Shown here one piece after another: positions 41,398 through 50,308 of a stretch of 64,000 nucleotides of DNA (within the stretch, counting starts at the first letter, position 1; each line of letters starts with the position of its first letter). The DNA comes from a virus. Its lineage: Duplodnaviria; Caudoviricetes. The notes under the pieces were generated by a model that saw only the letters and a program-made list of their open reading frames with translations, was not told where the DNA came from and made no database searches. Made by a program: the position numbers and the translations under genes. The DNA lies in the IMG/VR virus record IMGVR_UViG_3300029288_005873, positions 320,001-384,000 of that record; one strand, written 5' to 3'.

Positions 41398-41895
41398 CTA
41401 CTCCAGCAGTTCCTCAATCTTTTTCCTGCGCTCCTTTCCGCGCAATCCATGATGGTCCATCAGATCATCGATGTACTGCTGTATCTCTTCAGGACAATAC
41501 ACCATTTCATCATGACCATCACCTTCCATGTAATCTATTTGGGTTTGGAAAGCTTCAACTTCATTTTCGTCGTCCAAGTAATCTCCGTCCTGCGTTTCGG
41601 TTACATCGCTAGTAGCCTGTTGACCCACATGACAGGTTTCATGAACAAGATATCTCATGATGTCCCGCCATTCGCAGTCGAGGAGATTCTCATTAAGGAT
41701 TATGTTACCGTCCACCGTCTTTGCTGAAACATCCAAAGGCTCAAAACGTATGGATAGATGATCAAGAACGGAGTCATCGAGTTCGTACTTTTTCAAAATC
41801 TCTTGGATGACCTTTTCCCCTTTCAGGGCATTACGCAATTTGCCAACAAGTTCCTTGCGGTCCATTTCCTTAAAATTGCCTGATGGCATTGACAT
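41398..41895 (-). CDS. Zincin-like metallopeptidase
   Basis: LVHETCHVGQ (HExxH) plus downstream EVEAF; start inferred from GGAGG spacing. Confidence 0.7.
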   Translation of the reverse strand: MSMPSGNFKEMDRKELVGKLRNALKGEKVIQEILKKYELDDSVLDHLSIRFEPLDVSAKTVDGNIILNENLLDCEWRDIMRYLVHETCHVGQQATSDVTETQDGDYLDDENEVEAFQTQIDYMEGDGHDEMVYCPEEIQQYIDDLMDHHGLRGKERRKKIEELLE

Positions 41896-41909
41896 ATCCA
41901 TCCTCCAAA

Positions 41910-42161
41910 TCATCTTATCAATGGTGGGCAAACAGTAGGCTTTGTATCCTCTGGAACCTCACTAGGTTCTTCATCAGCACCTTCACGCATAGGCATGCGT
42001 CCAACAAGCACAGCTATCTCAAGCGCCTGTTCGTGTCGGCTAATAAGCTCTTCAGCTTGCCTGATTGCATTCCTAAGCCCAAGGATTTCAATTTTAATCT
42101 CAAACGGATTCGATGGGTCAACTATGCCCGCATACTCAATCGTCTTTCGCGAAAGCTTCAT
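41910..42161 (-). CDS. Hypothetical protein
   Basis: GGAGA SD before MKLSRKT; fills the gap between neighbours. Confidence 0.5.
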   Translation of the reverse strand: MKLSRKTIEYAGIVDPSNPFEIKIEILGLRNAIRQAEELISRHEQALEIAVLVGRMPMREGADEEPSEVPEDTKPTVCPPLIR

Positions 42162-43365
42162 TAATATCTCCATGTACGCCTACAATTACTTTATAAAGAC
42201 TACTCTTAGCAGCAAGAACCATGGACACAACTTTTCTCATATCCATGTATTTGAATTTTTTACAGTCATCTTCAATTACAACAACTGTCCATCCTGCGTT
42301 ACGAAGGAGCGCAATCTTTCCAGCGTCTCGACGCTTCACAAGTTTTAGTCTATCTGTTCCGAAAATTGGGTACCTATGTAATGGACCATCCCAGAGTATA
42401 GCAAGTTTACGATCGCGAACAGATATGTCAACCTCATATGGAGGGGCAATATCCATATCATGATGTCTAACTCCAACAATTCGCGAAGAAAGCTCAAGGA
42501 AACATTCATATTCTGGTCGCGAGCCTTGACCGCTTGCTGTCATACGACCCATTGCCTCTAGAGATTTTAAGATGCCGAGTGCCCGCATTTCCTTGGCACG
42601 TTTGGCATATGCCTCTTCGCCAAATTTTTCTTCCCAGATTCTCTTTACATGATAGACGTGCGTCTCAAACCGTCTAGCGATTTCTTTACAACTTTCCTTG
42701 GATTTGAACAATTTTAATATAGCATTTTCATCTTCTTTTGACGGTTTGATGAACCGCCATGTTCTGTCCAGTCTGGAGTTGTATTCCTCGTCAGAAAACT
42801 CTTCTTTCCATATTTTGGAAACGGTCTCGTTTTTACATCCGATCTCTTTGGCTATTTCATTAATCTGTTTGTCAGAGGCAAAAGCAGCTAGAATAGATTC
42901 CCTTTTCTCCTTTGACATATAATTTCCAGTACCTAAGTCTTTCGAAGCTTTCCACCCTTTTCCAAAGGTTGTTTGTCTTTTCCTGCGACCATCACCATAT
43001 TGTCTACTGGTGTCCGTTGACCTATGTATTTTTGCCTTTTCTTTCCATTGTGAACGAAAAGTCGTCAGAAGTGCTCGCACATGGGATTCGGAACAATATA
43101 TTCCAGGAAAAAAGGATAAAGCCTCTACGGAAAAGTTCATAGCATCTGTGGCATCAAAATTCGCCAATAAGATTTTATCCTGTTCCGCCATAAACTCCTC
43201 ATGCCTTGGTTCTCCCCTGCTATTCATAATGTGTCTGGATAATTTTGAACGCGTTCCACTTTTTCCGCACACTGGACATTTTTCGATCCCAGTGCGCCCA
43301 AATTTTGCTTCCAACATAAATTTTCTGTTACCTACTTTTCCCTTTACCATAGTATTTGTATCCAC
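42136..43365 (-). CDS. Putative free-standing PD-(D/E)xK (Vsr/DUF559-like) endonuclease with zinc finger and HTH repeats
   Basis: CPVCGK...LSRH, two EIA(K/R)...(K/R)IW HTH repeats, C-terminal SRPE...YEVDISVRDRKLAILWDGPLH...RDAGKIALLRNAGWTVVVI. Confidence 0.7.
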   Translation of the reverse strand: MDTNTMVKGKVGNRKFMLEAKFGRTGIEKCPVCGKSGTRSKLSRHIMNSRGEPRHEEFMAEQDKILLANFDATDAMNFSVEALSFFPGIYCSESHVRALLTTFRSQWKEKAKIHRSTDTSRQYGDGRRKRQTTFGKGWKASKDLGTGNYMSKEKRESILAAFASDKQINEIAKEIGCKNETVSKIWKEEFSDEEYNSRLDRTWRFIKPSKEDENAILKLFKSKESCKEIARRFETHVYHVKRIWEEKFGEEAYAKRAKEMRALGILKSLEAMGRMTASGQGSRPEYECFLELSSRIVGVRHHDMDIAPPYEVDISVRDRKLAILWDGPLHRYPIFGTDRLKLVKRRDAGKIALLRNAGWTVVVIEDDCKKFKYMDMRKVVSMVLAAKSSLYKVIVGVHGDINEAFAKDD

Positions 43366-43395
43366 AAACCAAAATCGTTACCACAATATTCTTCA

Positions 43396-44280
43396 CTATA
43401 TTATTTGACGCTGCCGCAAATGGCGAAGTCTCAAATACGCTGGGGAAACAGCGAGAACACGAAAAGTTCCAACACCTTGAGGACTTGGTTTATAAGAACA
43501 TTTGATGAATTTTAGGCGTTCAGTATGCGCCGTCAACAGTGAACCAAACTGATTATTCATCGTGGTGGACAGTGGCGGCGGAAGCATGCTAATACCATTG
43601 TCATTAACTGTATATTCTCTTCCAGCTTCAACCAACATCTGGGCAGCCAATGCAATTATATAGGCGCCTTCCACTATCACATGTGCGTTCCGGTCATGGA
43701 TAACCTGGTCATTGAACCCAAAATTGGTCCAATGCGGCGTCTGATTGAATTCAGCTAGACTATTGACAAGGAAACAGACAAGCTCGTCATCTGAAAAAAT
43801 GGGACATTCTGTGTAGGTTACCTGACCATTCTCATCAGTAGTCTGGGCAATACCATCATTTTTGAGACGACATTTAAGCTGGGCAAGAAGAATGTTTATC
43901 CCTAAAATCTCATCATCGGAGTATGTAACACATGGAGCATCGCCAATTTGTGGACCAGCGGCTGATATAGCGCTTCCAGACAAAACGGTGAATGTCAACG
44001 TTGCTGTGACCTGCTCTCCACCCACCATTGCCGTCCATATATCGCTCCACAGCCCATCATCCTGGGTTGTTGGTGGCGTATACGATAGGCGATAGAGACC
44101 TACGCCAAGTTTAGCAACTCCAGTAGACGACGATGTGCGCACAAATACATTGTGACTGTTTTTGACCCCAACCTCGGGAATCGCGTCAGCGTCCACAAGG
44201 TTACCTAACGGATCAGATATGCGGATGTCCAGGTCTACTGGCAAACCCAGAACAGTCGTCCTGGTGTTACAGGAAGCCAT
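43396..44280 (-). CDS. Head-tail adaptor-like protein with an N-terminal Ig-like domain
   Basis: IFSDDELVCFLVNSLAEFNQTPHWT...EYTVNDNGIS helical adaptor pattern; N-terminal GVGLYRLSY...WSDIW; lies upstream of the neck gene. Confidence 0.6.
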   Translation of the reverse strand: MASCNTRTTVLGLPVDLDIRISDPLGNLVDADAIPEVGVKNSHNVFVRTSSSTGVAKLGVGLYRLSYTPPTTQDDGLWSDIWTAMVGGEQVTATLTFTVLSGSAISAAGPQIGDAPCVTYSDDEILGINILLAQLKCRLKNDGIAQTTDENGQVTYTECPIFSDDELVCFLVNSLAEFNQTPHWTNFGFNDQVIHDRNAHVIVEGAYIIALAAQMLVEAGREYTVNDNGISMLPPPLSTTMNNQFGSLLTAHTERLKFIKCSYKPSPQGVGTFRVLAVSPAYLRLRHLRQRQII

Positions 44281-44377
44281 TGATGGTTCCTCCGATGCCT
44301 AGTGATAGTATGTAGATTGCCTTTCGCACCATATACGAAAAAGCGGGAGTGTTCTCCCGTCAGTAATCTACAGCCTA

Positions 44378-44395
44378 ATGCCGCGTTATTGATAG
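44378..44395 (-). promoter_or_regulatory. Putative phage late promoter CTATCAAT-N6-GCAT upstream of the adaptor gene
   Basis: CTATCAAT AACGCG GCAT in the intergenic gap. Confidence 0.7.
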
Positions 44396-44397
44396 TT

Positions 44398-44715
44398 TTA
44401 TGGATCGATGTCGTCGGAGTCGCCAGGAAGGGTTCGAACAAGGGGATTTTCTTTAACCAACCAAAGTTCCTTGGGGAAAGGAGGTTCTTCATTGCTCTTA
44501 AACCAAACAAGACATCTTCCGTCGGTAGACGGATATACACCAATGATTATGAACTCACCGGCATGAACTTTGGAATGGCAATTTGGACATAGGCAAGTTA
44601 GGTTGCCTTGACTATTTGTACAACGGGAATCGGAACGTGGGATTATGTGGTGTCTATGGATTATATGTAAATCAGCAAGTCCGCAGATTTCACATGCCTT
44701 TTTAGCAAAAGTCAT
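44398..44715 (-). CDS. Small HNH endonuclease
   Basis: CEICG...HRHHIIPR...NSQGNLTCLCPNCHSKVH; start at 44715 by ATGA overlap. Confidence 0.85.
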   Translation of the reverse strand: MTFAKKACEICGLADLHIIHRHHIIPRSDSRCTNSQGNLTCLCPNCHSKVHAGEFIIIGVYPSTDGRCLVWFKSNEEPPFPKELWLVKENPLVRTLPGDSDDIDP

Positions 44716-45248
44716 TTCTTTTTCTTCTTTCCGCAACAGCTGCCGGAGACTTTATCTAATACAGCAGCAGCTTTATTTGGATCTATACTAACTGGAAGAC
44801 CTGCAGCTTCGCCATCTGAGATTGACTTCTCCTCCTCCTCCATTTGACGGAGAAGTTCCTCGTCCTCCATATCCATTACGGTAGACCTAATACTGTCTAT
44901 AAGGTCTTCATTTTCAGGCACTGCCAATGTTTTTGTACGTTGTGGAAAAGATATGGCTGAAGGCGAAGCTACTGATACTGTAGGAGGCGTCGCAAGGACT
45001 ATCGCCTGTACCTCAACTATTACCCCTTGGGCAATTCGTTTGGCAATTGAGCCATTAAGGCGAGATCTCTCTATAGCAGCAGGATCTAAATGGGCAGTCG
45101 GAGACAATAAGTCCCGCGACTGCCCATAAGGAATCCGGTAATACAGATCGCCGAGCATAACATCCATCTTTTTCGGATGAATGTTACGCAAAATGTATTT
45201 TGGCCTCCGGCTTGGAGGAGTTGTCCATTTCCTTCCATTCCTGGCCAT
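44712..45248 (-). CDS. Hypothetical protein
   Basis: 178 aa ORF, GAGG SD, tight packing. Confidence 0.65.
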   Translation of the reverse strand: MARNGRKWTTPPSRRPKYILRNIHPKKMDVMLGDLYYRIPYGQSRDLLSPTAHLDPAAIERSRLNGSIAKRIAQGVIVEVQAIVLATPPTVSVASPSAISFPQRTKTLAVPENEDLIDSIRSTVMDMEDEELLRQMEEEEKSISDGEAAGLPVSIDPNKAAAVLDKVSGSCCGKKKKK

Positions 45249-45256
45249 CTACAACC

Positions 45257-45502
45257 TCACTCTGATTCACTCTCTGGCTCGCCGATGATTTCTACCTCAA
45301 CAGCCTGTGGTCCACGATTATTCTTTCCGATGGCAAAAGATACAAGCTGCCCTGAGATAAGTTCTTTGAATCCTTCCATATTTACGTTGCTATAATGTAC
45401 GAAAATATCGCCGCCACCATCATCGCGCGAAACGAATCCAAAACCTTTTCTTGCATTAAACCATACTACCTTACCAGTAAGTCTCTTTCCTGCATCAGTC
45501 AT
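45257..45502 (-). CDS. cspA: Cold-shock domain protein (CspA family)
   Basis: GKVVWFNARKGFGFV (RNP1) and DIFVHYS (RNP2)...GPQAVEV; AAGGAGG SD. Confidence 0.95.
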   Translation of the reverse strand: MTDAGKRLTGKVVWFNARKGFGFVSRDDGGGDIFVHYSNVNMEGFKELISGQLVSFAIGKNNRGPQAVEVEIIGEPESESE

Positions 45503-45565
45503 TCTCTTTCCTCCTTAAATTGCGCCATTGTGGCACGGTGTTTTAAGTTCCTATTCTTACAGAAC

Positions 45566-45766
45566 TTATTCGATATCATTTCCTTTCATAGTATAACTTG
45601 TCGGACCCCCGTTATTTGGCACAAGGGTAACCTTGCCGCGCCTAACAGTTTTCCCACTACGTACTTTGAACCCCTCAATAATACAATCGTGTCCATTAGG
45701 AACCATGCCAATTGTATCGCCTATCCGCCATTTTCCATCCTGAAGATCAACAACTGGTCGCGTCAT
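45566..45766 (-). CDS. Hypothetical protein
   Basis: ATGA overlap with the upstream gene; AAGGA SD. Confidence 0.5.
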   Translation of the reverse strand: MTRPVVDLQDGKWRIGDTIGMVPNGHDCIIEGFKVRSGKTVRRGKVTLVPNNGGPTSYTMKGNDIE

Positions 45767-46026
45767 GGTATATCCTTCTTTTCAGCAGCTGGGATTACGG
45801 TCTCACCATTAATAGTCAAACCATCATGCTGTGCGGAATAGATGTCGAGCAGACGCTCAACCTCCATAATAGCCATATGCGCCATCTGATTCCTCTCGTT
45901 CTGCGGAGCAAGGGGGAGAATAGCATCCCACTTCATAAAAAGCTGTTCTAGATCCTCTTGGGCGCCGATCAATTTAGCATATTCCATGAGGCGCTTGCGT
46001 GTCTTCTGTTCCGAAGGGGCTTTCAT
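45763..46026 (-). CDS. Hypothetical protein
   Basis: AAGGAGA SD before MKAPSEQK. Confidence 0.6.
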   Translation of the reverse strand: MKAPSEQKTRKRLMEYAKLIGAQEDLEQLFMKWDAILPLAPQNERNQMAHMAIMEVERLLDIYSAQHDGLTINGETVIPAAEKKDIP

Positions 46027-46030
46027 TTTC

Positions 46031-46336
46031 TTATCTCCTTCCAAAAGGCGGCTCGGGAAGTTCCTGGCGCTTTGGCACCAATCCCCAGAGCAGTTGAGTT
46101 AGTTCTGTGGCATTATCATCTTCGTCCCACGATTCCCAGTCTCCAGACCATCTTTGCCCAAAAGATGCTTCGCGGGTAAGCATGGCCGACCTAGCAGCCG
46201 TCTCCCATGCGACGTCTTCATCTGGAATGCCTTCCGAGAAATCATCAGCTCCAGTTTCATAAATGTTGCGAATCGATCCACGCGAACCAACATGTGGTCC
46301 CGAATAGACGGTTGTACCATCACGGCGACGAATCAT
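46031..46336 (-). CDS. Hypothetical acidic protein
   Basis: AGGA SD; follows a degenerate promoter-like motif. Confidence 0.55.
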   Translation of the reverse strand: MIRRRDGTTVYSGPHVGSRGSIRNIYETGADDFSEGIPDEDVAWETAARSAMLTREASFGQRWSGDWESWDEDDNATELTQLLWGLVPKRQELPEPPFGRR

Positions 46337-46356
46337 TATAGTTGTCCTATATCTGG

Positions 46357-46374
46357 ATGTACGGCTATTAGTTA
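46357..46374 (-). promoter_or_regulatory. Degenerate copy of the late promoter motif (TAACTAAT-N6-ACAT)
   Basis: Same spacing and intergenic, with 4 of 8 mismatches in the first box. Confidence 0.35.
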
Positions 46375-46378
46375 ATTT

Positions 46379-47281
46379 TTAAAATCTATTGATAAATACA
46401 GGCTGACTATAAGCATATCGTGTGGAGTCAGCAGTACAGATAACTTTAGTTCGAAGGTATTGCTCATCTCCTACTACGGTATATTCATCAAAAGTAGTAA
46501 CTGCTGCAGTAGTTCGTACAATTACCCCATTAGCTTTATACCAAACGATTGTAGAAGATTGAGCTGGTACAACACGAATTGTTCGCCCTTGTGCTATAAT
46601 CTGGTTGATATAACACGTAGGTCTGGTCATATTATCTTGTGAACATGTTGAATAGAAATTCCCAATTCGCAAAGCATTCAGGATCGATGTGGCATCAGCT
46701 ACGTCAACATTAACTACTACGGCTCCAGACCAATCCTCACTAAGTGGAGTAACGCCATCAATATATGGGTAGTGTGTATCGTCAGCAAGAATACCCCAAA
46801 TTCTTCGCCCTGCTGTAAGATTGCGATCCCAAAGCCCTGTTGTATGTGTTAATTCAATATGTGTATACCCAGTAAGCGCTTGTGCTCCAGCATCATTAAG
46901 AGCGTGAGCTAGAATAACAATGTCCGTTCGAGCTAGAGTGGAATTTATATTAGTCTGAACATCGTAAACTTCCGGAACCGCTTCAGCAAGATTGAGTCCT
47001 ACAATGTGGTAAGGACTAGTTGTTGGAGTAGACTGAGCCACCTCTTGTCCAGATATGAAAATTAATCCAGCTGCTGGATCAGGAGTTAGAGCGTGATGTC
47101 CAGTGAGTGCGATAAAAGAATGTCCGCGAGTTATGTAATCCGCTTCAACCTGCTCCCGCGTTAAATCTCCATCATCCACTCCATAATTTGTATGACAGTG
47201 GGTGAGTCCTAATAGGTGTAGTTCAGTATCCTTCCATGGATTTATTAGTTCAAAAGTCGGATTTACCGTTAAGAAACTCAT
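46379..47281 (-). CDS. PHP-family (CehA/McbA-like) metallohydrolase
   Basis: THCHT..DGD, FIALTGH, ISGQE, HI, LAH and ADDTH motifs; C-terminal ILNALRIGNFYST...YLRTKV...AYSQPVF. Confidence 0.8.
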   Translation of the reverse strand: MSFLTVNPTFELINPWKDTELHLLGLTHCHTNYGVDDGDLTREQVEADYITRGHSFIALTGHHALTPDPAAGLIFISGQEVAQSTPTTSPYHIVGLNLAEAVPEVYDVQTNINSTLARTDIVILAHALNDAGAQALTGYTHIELTHTTGLWDRNLTAGRRIWGILADDTHYPYIDGVTPLSEDWSGAVVVNVDVADATSILNALRIGNFYSTCSQDNMTRPTCYINQIIAQGRTIRVVPAQSSTIVWYKANGVIVRTTAAVTTFDEYTVVGDEQYLRTKVICTADSTRYAYSQPVFINRF

Positions 47282-47329
47282 TTAGATTAATCCTATACAG
47301 CAGAAAAAATGACATTATCCGTCATCAAA

Positions 47330-49300
47330 CTAACCTCTGTCATACCAACTATTCTGGTAGCGGGAATAATTGCGTATCTCTCCAATAACTACAGGTCCAC
47401 TTCTTGATGAGCCATCGTAATTTTGACCTACTGTTTCAAATGTCAAATTAGATGGAATATCACATGCTACATCGTGTGTAGCCCATGCTCCATCACAAGC
47501 AAGTGAAAGCTGTCCGGGTCTTACAGAGAGAAGCACTTCGTGGATCCTATCATCACATTTACTACCTATGAGGAAAACGTCTCCATTGACACCAGCAGTT
47601 TTCCTACTTTCAGCCTTTATAGTTCCATCTGTATCAATAAACACTTCGATGCGATTGTCGGCATCAGTATAGAACGAACGCAATGTTAAACGACCTGTTG
47701 GAAAGAAAGTAGGAGCCCAAAAACAGAATCTAGTTGCTAGTTCTATGGTTCCAATGTTTCCAACCACAGATGCTATATAAGAATCTGCTGTTTTACTTAC
47801 AGCAGTTGCCACAGTATCGACTGGCAAACTTGGGTAATTACCAACCTCAACTTGTACATGAGATAGTGCGACGGAATCTTGGTTGAGACCGTCAAAACTA
47901 TTATCATTGTCTCCTTCTGCCAAGAATATTGTAGGATTTCCAGTGGTGCTGCTAGATGTAAGCGTTATCCAAACGTGATACCAGCTATTTCCCAAACTTT
48001 TAATGTGCCCAACAACAGAACCAACAGCTGTTCCTACTGTTCCTGAGCCAGACAAGTTAAAACTAACGACTTTGCCATTTAGTTGGACTAGGATCCAAGT
48101 GCGATTAATAGGTCTAGCCCTTAGTGATAGAACATAAGGTGTAGCATTGGAAATAGCAAGTGTCTGTTGTAAAAAATGGTTATTGGCTGCAGTTGCATCC
48201 TCGTGTAGAACAACAGTTGTTCGAGCTATACCATCGGAACATACAATAGATGTAGTTGGTATTGACAGTCTAGCCTTTGTAGTCCAGGATCCATAAGTTA
48301 GACTCTGGAGACAAATATTCTGTACAACTCCTTCATTTACCAAACCAACGAGAGTTTTACCAGTCGTATCCATCACACTAACAAAACGCTGTTCAACACC
48401 ACCAGTAATACGATGGAGACGGGTTATTCCATCATTTCCGATCTGTGTCTGATAAGCATAGGATGTTGTACCACTTGTAGGAGTAGTTGCAGAAGGTCCC
48501 CAATACTTCTGTGGGATGGTACCATATAGTAGATGAGTTCTATGTGGAGCTATAATTGGTTGAAGATGCGAATCCAAAAACCCTGGGGCTACCCAAAATT
48601 GGAGAAGGTCAATAACCCCGCCAAATGGAACAGCTCCAGCACTATCCGCACCTATCGATAGTGCCTTGGTATTATCTAGCGTATTCAATCCTGTTAGAGC
48701 TACCGCAGCACCACTTGCGATTCCTTGTAAATACCACTGACCTGACCCAGAACGATCGAAAAAACCCAATGCGTGGAAATAGGTATTACTAGCTAGTGCG
48801 GCTGTCACTGGGCTTACAGTTACCCCAGACGTCATAAATAATGTTAAAAGAGACCCTGAAGTGATATATAGTAACCACTCTGGGCTTCCAACACCAGTAC
48901 GCTTTGCCGCAATAGCCTGAGACACACCTAGGGTCCCAGTCCTTCCAAAAATCTCAACAGCAATATCATTCGTTCCAAAATTGCCATATGTTGTGTCAGA
49001 GAACTGAAAAAAACCACCTAAATTTAGCTGTACGCCGGGATCTAGTGTTCCTAAGAATGGTGAATTAATTTGATAGGTTGGCGCTGTTCCAGCTTGTAAT
49101 GATGCAATGTTAGCAGGCGCATTATATACTGGCCAACCATCATCTGATGCCTGACTTCCAACAAATGTAATTGGGACAGGTGCGCCTGTAATCAAAGGGG
49201 TTTCAATCAACCGCTGAACACCAGCAAAAAGTCCAGGTTGAAACTCTAGACATGTACCTCGAGATGGTCGTAAATTTTTAAATTTTCTTGTGCTACTCAT
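47330..49300 (-). CDS. LamG / carbohydrate-binding-type virion appendage protein (656 aa)
   Basis: LamG-like LSIGADSAGAVPFGGVIDLLQFW; head-fibre-like GLVNEGVVQNICLQS...SLGNSWYHVWIT...QVEVGNYPS...TAVSKTAD. Confidence 0.65.
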   Translation of the reverse strand: MSSTRKFKNLRPSRGTCLEFQPGLFAGVQRLIETPLITGAPVPITFVGSQASDDGWPVYNAPANIASLQAGTAPTYQINSPFLGTLDPGVQLNLGGFFQFSDTTYGNFGTNDIAVEIFGRTGTLGVSQAIAAKRTGVGSPEWLLYITSGSLLTLFMTSGVTVSPVTAALASNTYFHALGFFDRSGSGQWYLQGIASGAAVALTGLNTLDNTKALSIGADSAGAVPFGGVIDLLQFWVAPGFLDSHLQPIIAPHRTHLLYGTIPQKYWGPSATTPTSGTTSYAYQTQIGNDGITRLHRITGGVEQRFVSVMDTTGKTLVGLVNEGVVQNICLQSLTYGSWTTKARLSIPTTSIVCSDGIARTTVVLHEDATAANNHFLQQTLAISNATPYVLSLRARPINRTWILVQLNGKVVSFNLSGSGTVGTAVGSVVGHIKSLGNSWYHVWITLTSSSTTGNPTIFLAEGDNDNSFDGLNQDSVALSHVQVEVGNYPSLPVDTVATAVSKTADSYIASVVGNIGTIELATRFCFWAPTFFPTGRLTLRSFYTDADNRIEVFIDTDGTIKAESRKTAGVNGDVFLIGSKCDDRIHEVLLSVRPGQLSLACDGAWATHDVACDIPSNLTFETVGQNYDGSSRSGPVVIGEIRNYSRYQNSWYDRG

Positions 49301-49311
49301 ATATTCTATCC

Positions 49312-49863
49312 CTATCCAACTGGAAGTATCATTAAAGACCCAGTTGCACCACCTGTTGTAATAGCTGCTATGCGCTGTGACGCTGTCAGCCTAAAAGGCA
49401 AAAACACACCAGCGGAAAGTATAATTCCAGGTGAAGTAGCCCATACTACAGAGCCGCCGCCTCCTGCGGCTGTAATAGCAAAAGTTACATCACAAGTACA
49501 GAAAATTAGATATTCTCCAGCTGTAATATCAGCACCAAGTTCAGCAGATACACCAGATACAGTCAAATAAACCGAAGTACCAAGTACAGGTCCATCTAAT
49601 AAATTATTAAGCGCGAGAAGAAGAGTAACCAAACCACGTAGTTTTGCTGAAAGTGTACCAGGTGAGTTGTCAACCACCGCAACATCATCTATAATTCCGA
49701 GCACTGGAGCCTGTACCCCAAGAAGTTCATTGCTCTCGGACATATGTATTGGTATATCTACAATAGCCCTCGCGGATCCATAGGCATCTTTTATTTCAAC
49801 TGCGCCGATTGTAATATCAGATCCGTTGATGTTGACCTTGCCCGAATTAGCAAAACCGCTCAT
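49312..49863 (-). CDS. Hypothetical virion protein
   Basis: DITIGAVEIKD and GTLSAKLRGL motifs with a small beta-rich C-terminal domain; GGGAGA SD. Confidence 0.6.
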   Translation of the reverse strand: MSGFANSGKVNINGSDITIGAVEIKDAYGSARAIVDIPIHMSESNELLGVQAPVLGIIDDVAVVDNSPGTLSAKLRGLVTLLLALNNLLDGPVLGTSVYLTVSGVSAELGADITAGEYLIFCTCDVTFAITAAGGGGSVVWATSPGIILSAGVFLPFRLTASQRIAAITTGGATGSLMILPVG

Positions 49864-49875
49864 TATAATCTCCCA

Positions 49876-50151
49876 TTATTTCCATGCTTCAACTCGAACA
49901 ATTCCATATCCGTCAAGGGCGCGGAACCACACTTTACATTCACAGCGTCCATCAAACGCCAAACCAATCGATGAATCGTTAGGATTCATATCTCCATGAA
50001 GTCTCAACCCATCAAATGAATATTGGATCACATGACCACTGCGATTAAGAAAAGTAAAGGATTGTGGATTAAGACCAAAATTGGCCTGTGGTATAGGTGG
50101 GAAGGAATATCCATCCACTGTAATTGTATTGAAATAGTTGAATTTACTCAT
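49876..50151 (-). CDS. Small beta-rich virion (decoration-like) protein
   Basis: IQYSFDG...KVWFR...VRVEAW; first gene after a late-type motif; two DGY. Confidence 0.6.
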   Translation of the reverse strand: MSKFNYFNTITVDGYSFPPIPQANFGLNPQSFTFLNRSGHVIQYSFDGLRLHGDMNPNDSSIGLAFDGRCECKVWFRALDGYGIVRVEAWK

Positions 50152-50183
50152 TCGCTACCCCCAGGAAGCAGACTTCCCAACCA

Positions 50184-50201
50184 ATGCGGGAAAATTGATA
50201 G
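50184..50201 (-). promoter_or_regulatory. Putative phage late promoter CTATCAAT-N6-GCAT
   Basis: CTATCAAT TTTCCC GCAT, 32 nt upstream of ATG 50151. Confidence 0.7.
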
Positions 50202-50308
50202 ATTTTGCCACCTGAGGGCTATTTCAAACACTCAATGCTGAAACTATACAGAAAAATTGACAGGTTAAAATAGGAAAATGCTTAAAGGGCGTAGAAAAGA
50301 ATTAGACT

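Noticed and set aside
44300-44375. Hammerhead ribozyme (CTGA...GAAA in a three-way junction)
   Set aside because: The core reads CTGACGG rather than CTGANGA, and the stem order leaves no stem I or cleavage triplet.
50257-50285. Plus-strand TTGACA as a sigma70 promoter
   Set aside because: There is no credible -10 at 16-18 nt spacing and no plus-strand gene downstream.
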